The notes beneath the pieces are model-generated. The model saw only the letters and a program-made list of their open reading frames with translations. It was not told where the DNA came from and made no database searches. Of a stretch of DNA of 20,000 bases, positions 9,011 to 17,043 are shown piece by piece (position 1 is the first letter of the stretch; each line of letters opens with the position of its first letter). This DNA comes from an uncultured virus (IMG/VR IMGVR_UViG_3300036760_000418) (taxonomy: Duplodnaviria; Heunggongvirae; Uroviricota; Caudoviricetes), in the IMG/VR virus record IMGVR_UViG_3300036760_000418; one strand, written 5' to 3'. The position numbers and the translations under genes are program-made.

Positions 9011-10963
9011 ATGCCCGAGAACTTTTTTGACCTCATGACGCAGCTTGGGTCCGATACCGCCCCAGGACAGCCTGGATCGGATCGCATTATCGAGCTGGAA
9101 AGCCTCATCATAGAGGCCCGTCATGCCTACTACAACACCGAGTCCCCTGCGGTTGAGGACGAAGTTTACGATGCTTGGGTGGACGAGCTGTCTTCCCTCA
9201 AGAACGATAGCCCGGCCGTTACGGGGATCGGGGCCACGCCCGTTTCCGAGTGGTTGAAGGCAGCCCACACGATTCCTATGGGGTCGCTGAGCAAGATCAA
9301 CACGCTCGAAGAACTGACCGCTTGGGTAATGGGCACGGGAGAGTCCAAGTTTGCCCCGTTGCTCGTGACTGAGAAGCTCGACGGTATCTCGATTGCAGTG
9401 GACTACGTGAAAGGGGCCTTCTCGCGGGCTGTGACACGCGGGGACGGCATCCAGGGCGAGGACATCTCCGTGAACGTTGCCAGGATGCAGGGCGTCCCAG
9501 GGAAGCTTGCAAAGCCCTTTACGGGGACATTGCGTGGGGAAGTGGTGCTCAAAAAAACCGACCACGCCAAGTATTTCCCGCAGTACGCCAACCCTCGGAA
9601 CGCGGCCTCAGGTATCGCCAAGCGTCTGGATGGCCATGGCTGTGAGCACCTGACCATCATGTTTTACCATGTGGCTGACGGGCAGGACTTCGAGTCCGAA
9701 GGGGAGCAGTTCGCGTGGTTATCTGAGATGGGGCTCCAGATTCCGAACTGGTATGTGACGGCGATGACGCCGGGGATCAGGACCCCACATGACCTCTGGC
9801 TGGAGTACCAGCAATTCAAGCGGGCGGAGCTGGATTACGAGATCGACGGGCTCGTGATCCGCATCAACGACATCGCGACTCAACTGGCTCTCGGGGAAGT
9901 GGACAACCGGCCCAAGGGTCAGGTGGCGTTCAAGTTTGCCCCCATGACCCGTGAGTCCGTGCTGCAACGCATCGACTGGCAGACGGGTGGTTCGGGTCGG
10001 ATCACGCCGGTAGCTATCTTCAACCCGGTTCGGGTTTTGGGTGCCGAGATCACGTGCGCAAGCCTCTACAACGTGGCGTATATCAAGCAGCTTGGGTTGG
10101 ATGTGGGGGCTACCATTCTGATCGCTCGGGCTCAGGACGTGATCCCTCGTGTGGCGGCTGTTCGTAAGGCCACAGGGACCGTGGCAGAGCCGCCGTTGTT
10201 CTGCCCGACCTGCAAAGGTCGCACGCAGATGGAGGGCGAGTACCTGGTCTGCACCAATACGGCGGAGTGCCCGGCTCAAGCGGTGGGCCGCATCAAGCGC
10301 TACGTGGCGGTCCTGGGCATCCTGGAGTGGGGTGAGACCCTCATCGAGAAGCTTGTGGCTCTGGGGCTCGTGAACGATGTTTCGGACCTCTACAAGCTGA
10401 CCGAGGGCAAGTTGGCGGACGTGGACCGGATGGGTCCCAAGTCAGCGGCCAAGGTCGTCAAGACGTTGTGGGCCAGGAACAAGATCACCATGGACACGCT
10501 TCTTGGGTCGCTCTCGATCCCGTTGTGCGGACCGAGCACGATCAAGATGGCCATGAATGCGGGCCTGGACAGCCTAGAGAAGATCAAGGCAGCGAACATC
10601 GAGCAGCTTTCAGCGGTCGAAGGTCTGGGGCCGGTGAAGGCCCAGGCAATCTGGACGTGGCTGCAACGAGACAGCGCCATCGTGGACAAGCTGCTGCTTC
10701 TGGGTGTGGAGATCGAAGGCAAAGTCCATGGTACCTGTACGGGCAAGAGCTTCTGCTTCACGGGTGCTTCAAGTCGCCCTCGGGCCGAGTTGGAGCAGCT
10801 CGCCAAGAAGGCGGGCGGTGAGGTCAAGAGTTCGGTCGGCAAGAAGCTGACCTACTTGGTCCTGGCTGATGCCAACTCCACCAGCTCGAAGGCCGTGGCG
10901 GCCCGTAAAAACGGGACCCAGTGCATTTCGGAGGAGGACTTCATTCGGTTGGTGACGACCTGA
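9011..10963 (+). CDS. ligA: NAD-dependent DNA ligase (650 aa)
   Basis: AYY...DEVYD, MGSLSK, EKLDG (KxDG adenylation site), TRGDG, RGEV, NPRNAASG, YEIDGLV, AFKF, Zn finger CPTC...C...C, HhH repeats and a C-terminal BRCT (FCFTG...GG...SV...LTYLV). Confidence 0.96.
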   Translation: MPENFFDLMTQLGSDTAPGQPGSDRIIELESLIIEARHAYYNTESPAVEDEVYDAWVDELSSLKNDSPAVTGIGATPVSEWLKAAHTIPMGSLSKINTLEELTAWVMGTGESKFAPLLVTEKLDGISIAVDYVKGAFSRAVTRGDGIQGEDISVNVARMQGVPGKLAKPFTGTLRGEVVLKKTDHAKYFPQYANPRNAASGIAKRLDGHGCEHLTIMFYHVADGQDFESEGEQFAWLSEMGLQIPNWYVTAMTPGIRTPHDLWLEYQQFKRAELDYEIDGLVIRINDIATQLALGEVDNRPKGQVAFKFAPMTRESVLQRIDWQTGGSGRITPVAIFNPVRVLGAEITCASLYNVAYIKQLGLDVGATILIARAQDVIPRVAAVRKATGTVAEPPLFCPTCKGRTQMEGEYLVCTNTAECPAQAVGRIKRYVAVLGILEWGETLIEKLVALGLVNDVSDLYKLTEGKLADVDRMGPKSAAKVVKTLWARNKITMDTLLGSLSIPLCGPSTIKMAMNAGLDSLEKIKAANIEQLSAVEGLGPVKAQAIWTWLQRDSAIVDKLLLLGVEIEGKVHGTCTGKSFCFTGASSRPRAELEQLAKKAGGEVKSSVGKKLTYLVLADANSTSSKAVAARKNGTQCISEEDFIRLVTT

Positions 10964-10991
10964 CCCTTTCAGAGGGGGTTCTCTTAGTCAT

Positions 10992-10997
10992 GGTGTA
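10992..10997 (+). promoter_or_regulatory. GGTGTA promoter-like motif upstream of recD2
   Basis: Lies in the 46-nt ligA-recD2 gap, 12 nt before ATG 11010; no SD. Confidence 0.5.
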
Positions 10998-11009
10998 TGC
11001 TTAGCCGTC

Positions 11010-13187
11010 ATGGCGTACTTTAGAGGCCGCGTAGAGCGCATCTTCCACACGAGTGGGACGCACTACATCTTCTCGTTTTCTGTGAGCGAGTACGAGATGG
11101 TGTCGTGTCCCCGTGATCTGAAGATCGCGGGCCACTTCTTTGGGGTCACGCTCGCGTCTGGGATCACGCTCGAAGTTGAGGGCGGTTGGATCACGCATCC
11201 GAGGTATGGCCGTCAGATCAAGGCTACAGGGTGGAAGCCCTGGGCACAGACTTCGGCGGATGCTGTACGTTTTCTGGGTAGCTGCGTAGACGTGTTCTCT
11301 GATCGGGATCTCTTGTCACGAGTGGTTAGCCAGTTTGGGTCAGGCACCTACGCGGCTCTTTCCGATGATCGGGCCCTGGAGGCCGCAACGGACGAGGCCG
11401 ACCGGGTTGCGTTACAGGCTGCCATCGTCAAGTGGAAGGCCCTTTTGGGTATCGCGGCCCTGTCGGACTTCTTGCAAGAGTACGAGCTTGGGGCTGCGTT
11501 GGTTGCAGCCGTTTTCCATCGGTTTGGGTATGATTCGGTCGAGGTCCTGTCGCAGAACCCGTACCGGCTCCTAGAGATCGACGGGTTTTCGTTTCACCGT
11601 GCCAACACGCTTGCGATGCTTCGTGGGATTGGTCCCGGAGATCCACGCCGCATTGCTGGTGGGGTCCTGTGGGTGGTTAGGGAGCAGATCAAGCAGCAGG
11701 GGCACCTGTTCGTTCGTCGCGGGGACATTGCTTCGTTGTTGGCGTCTTTGGCGTCCTACACGCATGTGGCCCCGTTTGATACGCCTGATCTCTCAGGGGC
11801 CGTGGATGTGGCTCTGACTGAGCTTGAGCAGAACAAGGCCGTTCTGGTGGATGCCGGGGTTGGGGTCTATGCCCCGGACATGTACCGCTATGAACGTGGG
11901 GCAGCCAGGAAGTTGTCGGGTTTCCTGACCCCATCTGCACTGGATATTGATTACGAGGCTTTCCTCAATAGCTACGAGAAGTCGAGCAACATCACTCTAT
12001 CTGATTTGCAGCGTGAGGCTGTGGTCAAGCTGATCGTCAACCGGGTGTTGGTGGTCACAGGTGCCCCGGGCACAGGTAAGACGACGCTGATCCGAACGTT
12101 CGTGCATCTGTTTCGTAGCCTTGGGATCGACCATATGCTCATGGCTCCCACAGGGATTGCCGCCAAGCGTCTGGCTTCCGTTACGGAGTCACCGGCACAG
12201 ACGATCCACCGGGCCCTCAAGTACGATGGGTTTCAGTGGGGCGTTGGGGACGGCTCCAAGCTCGTGACAGGGGCGGTAATCTTGGACGAGTGCTCGATGG
12301 TGGATCAGGAGCTGATCTACCGGCTTCTTGACGCCCTTGACCCAAAGACGCTGTTGGTCTTGGTCGGGGATGACGCTCAGTTGCCCTCGGTGGGTCCGGG
12401 TAACGTGTTGCGGGAGCTGATCGCCTGCAAGGCGATCCACACCATCAAGCTAGAGCATGTGTTTCGTCAGGCTGAGACCAGCGATATCGTGTTGGCGGCC
12501 CACCGGATCCGACGTGGCGCTTCCCCGTTGGACTTGGCTCCGAAAGAGGATACCGAGTTCAAGTTCGTCCAGCTCACGAACGAGGCTCAGATCGCAGACT
12601 TGGTGGTCAAGATGGCGGTCAAGCTCAAGGCTCGGGACGCCAACTTCCAGGTATTGTCACCGAAGTACGAGGGCACCGTCGGGGTGGACAACCTGAATAC
12701 GTTGTTAAGGGATCAGCTCAACCCAGACATTGGGCAGGATACGTGGCAGCTTTCTCCGACGGTCCAGCTACGGATTGGGGATCGTCTGATGATCGTCAAG
12801 AACAACTACAAGCTGAACGTCTACAACGGCGACATCGGTAAGCTAATCGGAATCACCCGGGAGTCTCTGACGATACGGGTCCATGGGATAGGGCGGACTC
12901 CGGATGCAAACGTGGAGATCCCTAAAGATCAAGCCATGCATATGCTCAAGTTGGCGTACTGTGTGACGGTTCACCGCTGTCAGGGTGAGGAATTCGAGAC
13001 GGTCATCCTGCCTCTGGTCAAAGCTCAGGGCCGCATGCTACAACGGAACCTGTTCTACACAGCGATCACCCGGGCTCGTAAGAAGGTGTGGCTTTTGGGT
13101 GAGGTTGAGGCGGTTTTGAAAGCTGTGGCGAATGACCGCGTGCTGCAACGCAACACTATCTTGAGGGAACTCATCCATGCTCATTGA
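11010..13187 (+). CDS. recD2: RecD2-like SF1B DNA helicase (725 aa)
   Basis: N-terminal HPRYGRQ and NPYRL...GFSFHRA, Walker A GAPGTGKTT, APTGIAAKRL, TIHR, DECSM, VGDDAQLPSVGPG, VFRQ, NGDIG, VHRCQGEEF and RNLFYTAITRAR. Confidence 0.93.
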   Translation: MAYFRGRVERIFHTSGTHYIFSFSVSEYEMVSCPRDLKIAGHFFGVTLASGITLEVEGGWITHPRYGRQIKATGWKPWAQTSADAVRFLGSCVDVFSDRDLLSRVVSQFGSGTYAALSDDRALEAATDEADRVALQAAIVKWKALLGIAALSDFLQEYELGAALVAAVFHRFGYDSVEVLSQNPYRLLEIDGFSFHRANTLAMLRGIGPGDPRRIAGGVLWVVREQIKQQGHLFVRRGDIASLLASLASYTHVAPFDTPDLSGAVDVALTELEQNKAVLVDAGVGVYAPDMYRYERGAARKLSGFLTPSALDIDYEAFLNSYEKSSNITLSDLQREAVVKLIVNRVLVVTGAPGTGKTTLIRTFVHLFRSLGIDHMLMAPTGIAAKRLASVTESPAQTIHRALKYDGFQWGVGDGSKLVTGAVILDECSMVDQELIYRLLDALDPKTLLVLVGDDAQLPSVGPGNVLRELIACKAIHTIKLEHVFRQAETSDIVLAAHRIRRGASPLDLAPKEDTEFKFVQLTNEAQIADLVVKMAVKLKARDANFQVLSPKYEGTVGVDNLNTLLRDQLNPDIGQDTWQLSPTVQLRIGDRLMIVKNNYKLNVYNGDIGKLIGITRESLTIRVHGIGRTPDANVEIPKDQAMHMLKLAYCVTVHRCQGEEFETVILPLVKAQGRMLQRNLFYTAITRARKKVWLLGEVEAVLKAVANDRVLQRNTILRELIHAH

Positions 13188-13219
13188 ATCTCGGCTTCGT
13201 GTACGGCGCTCAAGATGAT

Positions 13220-13681
13220 CTAGCGTTGTCGGCTTCGGGCAAGTTCACGCATTGCGTTGGTGTTGTCGGCATCTTGTACGGCTAGTTCCCGACCTACCGC
13301 TTGCGCAACGCTTCGGGGTGTGGGTTTGGATGACGGCAAGCCCCGGGGATACAGGAATACTTCGCGTGCCTGAGCCACTGAGACTCTCGGCACTAAATCG
13401 CGGTATGTTTGCACGTAAGAGTCCAGCAGGGCGGCTTCGACTTCGTTATCACCGTAGAGAATTCCAAGCTTCTGCTTCATCCAAGCTTCATACCTGGCCG
13501 TGGAGTCTCCCGGCGGGGTGTCATCGTCGTTGTGTTGCTCTAGATAGTTTTCTAGTGCGGCGTCGATGTACGCGCTAACGAGATTCTCAACGTTGCGATT
13601 CCTCAAGATCCCTTTGATGATCAGAGGGAGGATATCTTCTGGGTCAGTGGCCGTCTTTGAGCGTCTATCGTAGGTGTACAT
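13220..13681 (-). CDS. Hypothetical protein (153 aa) with N-terminal MYTYDRRSKTA leader
   Basis: ATG at 13681 preceded by GAGGA; lies directly downstream of and co-oriented with 13690..14388. Confidence 0.7.
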   Translation of the reverse strand: MYTYDRRSKTATDPEDILPLIIKGILRNRNVENLVSAYIDAALENYLEQHNDDDTPPGDSTARYEAWMKQKLGILYGDNEVEAALLDSYVQTYRDLVPRVSVAQAREVFLYPRGLPSSKPTPRSVAQAVGRELAVQDADNTNAMRELARSRQR

Positions 13682-13689
13682 TGTGGTCC

Positions 13690-14388
13690 TCAGAAGTGCG
13701 TGTAGAAACCTGAGGGCATGAGCCCAATGTCAGCGCTCATGAGCTTCTTGGTGGCTGCCCGGAGGGGTTTATCCAGGAGAACCATCAACACCTCATCGAT
13801 CGGGGAGAGCAGGGTTGCCACCGCCTTCCAGAAGCCGCTCGCAAATAGGTGGGAGACGTGAGGGCCTGCGAAGTAGACAAGCACGGCTTTGACCAAGATA
13901 TCGGTGAGTTGATGCATGGCCGCTTTGCGCTCCTGCGGCTTGACTTCTTCTCCACGAGCCAGGCGACCCGCTACTGACATCATGTGCTTGGAAGCTCGGA
14001 CCTCGTGTTTGAGGGCTCGTTTGAACGAGATTTTGACCTCGTTACGGAATGAGGGTGACACGAACATCTTGCCAATGGCCAGGAAGGGGTGGATCAGCAT
14101 GTGCCATAGCCCACGCATGATCAGACCGCCGAGAACGCGGACTGGGGTGCCAAAGCCAGCTTCTTTGGTGCCTTCAGGGGCCATACCGTTGATATCGTCG
14201 GCGGAGATACCCTGGGCGTGTAGCACTTGAGCTACGGATTTCTCGTTGATCTGTACGGTTCCCGCCAGTTCATCGAGAAAGACGTCGGCCCAATGGTCGG
14301 CCAAAGTGTCCAGGGCAGCCTCGTCGTCTTGGGCTTGGGCAAAACGTGTGGCCACCCGGTCAGTGATGTGCCTGTGGTTCGTGCCCAT
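13690..14388 (-). CDS. Hypothetical protein (232 aa) with N-terminal DRVATRFA leader and hydrophobic/amphipathic helices
   Basis: Long ORF transcribed divergently from 14441. Hydrophobic stretches LIMRGLWHMLIHPFLAIG and ILVKAVLVYFAG. Confidence 0.75.
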   Translation of the reverse strand: MGTNHRHITDRVATRFAQAQDDEAALDTLADHWADVFLDELAGTVQINEKSVAQVLHAQGISADDINGMAPEGTKEAGFGTPVRVLGGLIMRGLWHMLIHPFLAIGKMFVSPSFRNEVKISFKRALKHEVRASKHMMSVAGRLARGEEVKPQERKAAMHQLTDILVKAVLVYFAGPHVSHLFASGFWKAVATLLSPIDEVLMVLLDKPLRAATKKLMSADIGLMPSGFYTHF

Positions 14389-14425
14389 GTAAAGACAGGC
14401 TCATTGAAGGACTACTGGGCCGGGT

Positions 14426-14431
14426 GGTGTA
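14426..14431 (+). promoter_or_regulatory. GGTGTA promoter-like motif; predicts a leaderless transcript
   Basis: GGTGTA-gttacccct-ATG(14441): 9-nt spacer, no SD. Confidence 0.62.
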
Positions 14432-14440
14432 GTTACCCCT

Positions 14441-15298
14441 ATGCTCACGGAACAGCGCATAGACGCGATCTTCAAGGAGATGGACGGGTACGTGCTGGAA
14501 CTGGCGAATGAGCCAGGGCTGCTCGGTCCGCAGTATTTCCAGGACATCATCGCGACCTGCCGGGGGCACCTGAACAAGGTGAGCCTTGTGGTGTCCGAAT
14601 TGAACCGGGAGAAGCTCTCGGTCAGTGGTGAGCTGCGTCGTCTGGAAGCGGTCTACGCTCTTGAGTACGACAACCTGCTGTCTAACGATCCTAGGGTCAA
14701 GGCTCTTGCGAGTATTGAGGATCGTAAGGCTACGGTCGGCTTCATTCTTCGGGATCAACGGGTCTGCATGAACACCCTCAAGGACCGTATGCACTCGCTG
14801 GATGCAGTGGGGAAGCTTGTCGCTTACCGCAATCGTGAGTTGCATGCGACTATGACTGCGATCAAGGATCAGCGTCGGCTTATGCAGACTGAGTTGGCCA
14901 CCGGGGCCTTTTACGGGGATGAGAGGTCTTTCAAGGGGCAGCGTGAGGGCAATGGGTTGTCGTTTGACGATGATCTTAGCGCCGCTGATCTTGAAGACTT
15001 GATCTCCCCCTCGGAACCTGAAGCCGAAAATGCTGCGGATCCCGAGGCCACTGGGGTCCTTGATCTCGAAAACCCGCAAGAAACGGGTGTTGTGGCAAGT
15101 GCGCCCGTTGCGCCCCAGGGTTTCGTGTCGTCCCCCGTTGCGACGTCAACGGCAGCAGCGGACGATATGCTTCTGTTTCTTGAGGGGGCAGTGCCAGACG
15201 TACCACAAGCAGTGGTAGGGCAACCAAAAAATACTATCTCGGTTGTCGAACAATCGTCCGAGGTGGACGATTTTCTCTCGATCCTGGGCACCCTCTGA
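14441..15298 (+). CDS. Helical coiled-coil protein with a long acidic disordered tail; possible UvsY-like recombination mediator
   Basis: About 150 aa of amphipathic helices, then an acidic linker ending EVDDFLSILGTL. Sits at the head of the SSB-RuvC-RecA-SbcCD block. The function is inferred from context. Confidence 0.7.
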   Translation: MLTEQRIDAIFKEMDGYVLELANEPGLLGPQYFQDIIATCRGHLNKVSLVVSELNREKLSVSGELRRLEAVYALEYDNLLSNDPRVKALASIEDRKATVGFILRDQRVCMNTLKDRMHSLDAVGKLVAYRNRELHATMTAIKDQRRLMQTELATGAFYGDERSFKGQREGNGLSFDDDLSAADLEDLISPSEPEAENAADPEATGVLDLENPQETGVVASAPVAPQGFVSSPVATSTAAADDMLLFLEGAVPDVPQAVVGQPKNTISVVEQSSEVDDFLSILGTL

Positions 15299-15310
15299 TT
15301 TTACTTGTGC

Positions 15311-15324
15311 GACGCGGTGTATAG
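15311..15324 (+). promoter_or_regulatory. GGTGTA promoter-like motif upstream of the structured leader and SSB gene
   Basis: GACGCGGTGTATAG is identical to 1821-1834. The predicted +1 (~15331) coincides with the 5' end of a perfect hairpin. Confidence 0.62.
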
Positions 15325-15331
15325 CGCCTTT

Positions 15332-15449
15332 GACAGACCCTGAGTGACTTAGCCAAAAGCGTTGCTTAAGGCACCGTCAAATCAGGGTCTGTCGTTGGTC
15401 TGAATCGCCGTTTCCCAACATCCTGCCTAACTGGCTTTTTGTTGTTGGG
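15332..15449 (+). ncRNA. Structured RNA: 5' leader of the SSB-like gene, or a small ncRNA
   Basis: Perfect 12-bp stem GACAGACCCTGA(15332-15343)/TCAGGGTCTGTC(15382-15393) with inner pairs TGAC/GTCA, GCC/GGC and AAGC/GCTT. Second stem CCCAACA(15414-15420)/TGTTGGG(15443-15449). Confidence 0.5.
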
Positions 15450-15473
15450 GTGGCCCACAAAGGATAGAAAACC

Positions 15474-16346
15474 ATGGCAGACGAGTACGATTACGATTTC
15501 GATAATGACGTATCCCTAGACGTAGATGAGAAAAACGTCGGGGGGTCCAACCAAGACTGGTTGAAGATGACCACGAAGGGGCAAATCCTCCGTGGTGCGT
15601 TCGTCTTCTTCCACACGTTCGATGCGAACGCTGTCGGGGACGCCCGCAAGGTTGCGAAGCGGGCGAACAAGAAGCTGACCCGTGAGGAAGAGGCTGAGAT
15701 CGCCAAGACGGTTCTTACCAAGCGTGCTGAGGCGCTAGGCAAGGGCTTGGATGCCTTGACGGCCACGGACAAGCTCGACGTGAGCAAGGCCCACTTCAAG
15801 GCGATGAAAGCTCACTACAAGGAAGGCTTGGGCTTCGCGCTCTCGCGTCTTGGTAAGGATGGCCCAGAAGCCGATGCCGTGTGGAAGTCTTTGCCTGAGG
15901 CCAAGCCCTACTTCACGACGTTGTTCCTCGTCTACCCCACGGACACCGAGGGTGGGCTCAACAAGGAAGCCTTCGCGGCACAGGTCAAGGGCAACAAGCT
16001 CAAGCTCCTTCCGTGGCGCTTCGGCAACAAGACCTACGAAAACATCTGGAAGCAGAACGACTCACTGCGCGAGAACGGCTTGAGCCTGGCGTCGCAAGAC
16101 ATCAAGCTGGAGTGCAAGGAACCGAAGTTCCACAACATCGAGGCGTCTGCTGCCGGTCCCGCGATCTGGCAGAAGAATGACACGATCCGGGCGCTCGTTC
16201 TGGCATCGGCGATCAACATGTACGACAAGCTCATGCCCTTCCGTGAGATGACCACGGATCAGCTTCGAGCCAAGCTCGGCCTCACGGGTCCGGCGAGTTC
16301 GGATGTGTCGTCGGACAACTTCCAAGACATGCTCGACTCTGTGTGA
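15474..16346 (+). CDS. Putative phage single-stranded DNA-binding protein, T4 gp32-like (290 aa)
   Basis: Size, early DWLKM...ILRGAF, LLPWRFG..TY.NI, DIKL, acidic amphipathic C-terminus DNFQDMLDSV, AAGGA SD, and position just before ruvC-recA-sbcCD. Confidence 0.55.
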   Translation: MADEYDYDFDNDVSLDVDEKNVGGSNQDWLKMTTKGQILRGAFVFFHTFDANAVGDARKVAKRANKKLTREEEAEIAKTVLTKRAEALGKGLDALTATDKLDVSKAHFKAMKAHYKEGLGFALSRLGKDGPEADAVWKSLPEAKPYFTTLFLVYPTDTEGGLNKEAFAAQVKGNKLKLLPWRFGNKTYENIWKQNDSLRENGLSLASQDIKLECKEPKFHNIEASAAGPAIWQKNDTIRALVLASAINMYDKLMPFREMTTDQLRAKLGLTGPASSDVSSDNFQDMLDSV

Positions 16347-16354
16347 TCTGGTTG

Positions 16355-16384
16355 GGCTAAGGGGGCCTTCGGGCCCTCTTAGCC
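16355..16384 (+). terminator. Strong cUUCGg hairpin between SSB and ruvC with no U-tract (partial terminator or mRNA stabiliser)
   Basis: GGCTAAGGGGGCC-TTCG-GGCCCTCTTAGCC: 13-bp stem with one G:U pair. Confidence 0.6.
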
Positions 16385-16391
16385 TCCGTAT

Positions 16392-17036
16392 ATGATCACT
16401 CTGGGTCTTGATCCGTCCATTACCGGCTTCGGTTGGGTGATTCACAACTCGAACGTCACGGGTTCTGCCCGTGTGTTCGCTCGTGGCAGATGGTCTACGT
16501 CACCTAAGACCATCTGGGTTGAGCGCTACGTCGATTTACGTGAAGAACTCAAGGCGTTGTTGGATCGCTATCTGCTGATCGAAGCTGTGGGGGTTGAATC
16601 CCCAGCGTTCGGTGAGCAGTGGACGCCCGGGGCTTACGCCCTGTTCACTATGGTTAACGAGGCTATCTGGTCGAGACGTAAGGACGTGGTGTACTTCGAT
16701 CCTGTCACGGTGAAGATGTTGGCTAAGGAGGACCCCAACCTCCGTAAGGGCAAGATGTTCAAGTCGGACATGATTGAGGTGGCCAAGGCGGACACAGGGA
16801 TTGCCCGCTGGAGTTCGGATGAAGCAGATGCCTACCACGTTGCTAGGGCTACGGCTCGGTTCTGGATGTTCTTACGAGGCGATCTTCAAGAGGCGGATCT
16901 AACGCCATCTGAGTACAAGGCTTTCGCTAAGGTTCACACCTTCACGCGAGGCAAACGAGAAGGCCAAACCGTGTACCGGGGTGCGGCCTTCAAGGAAAAC
17001 CAACGATTTTTTCGGTTCTCTCTGTTACCAAAGTGA
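16392..17036 (+). CDS. ruvC: RuvC-like Holliday junction resolvase (214 aa)
   Basis: ITLGLDPSITGFGW, VGVES, PVTVK...K and DEADAYHVA: the D-E-D-D acidic catalytic set of the RNase H fold. Confidence 0.8.
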   Translation: MITLGLDPSITGFGWVIHNSNVTGSARVFARGRWSTSPKTIWVERYVDLREELKALLDRYLLIEAVGVESPAFGEQWTPGAYALFTMVNEAIWSRRKDVVYFDPVTVKMLAKEDPNLRKGKMFKSDMIEVAKADTGIARWSSDEADAYHVARATARFWMFLRGDLQEADLTPSEYKAFAKVHTFTRGKREGQTVYRGAAFKENQRFFRFSLLPK

Positions 17037-17043
17037 GGCGATT

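Noticed and set aside
10963..10985. Possible terminator ACCCTTT-CAG-AGGGGGT after ligA
   Set aside because: The stem is short with two G:U pairs, a 3-nt loop and a poor U-tract; too weak to call.
3913..16693. Intragenic GGTGTA copies at 3913, 4369, 6200, 13673 and 16688
   Set aside because: They are inside coding sequence with no fixed-distance start downstream. A handful of chance hexamer hits is expected in 20 kb.
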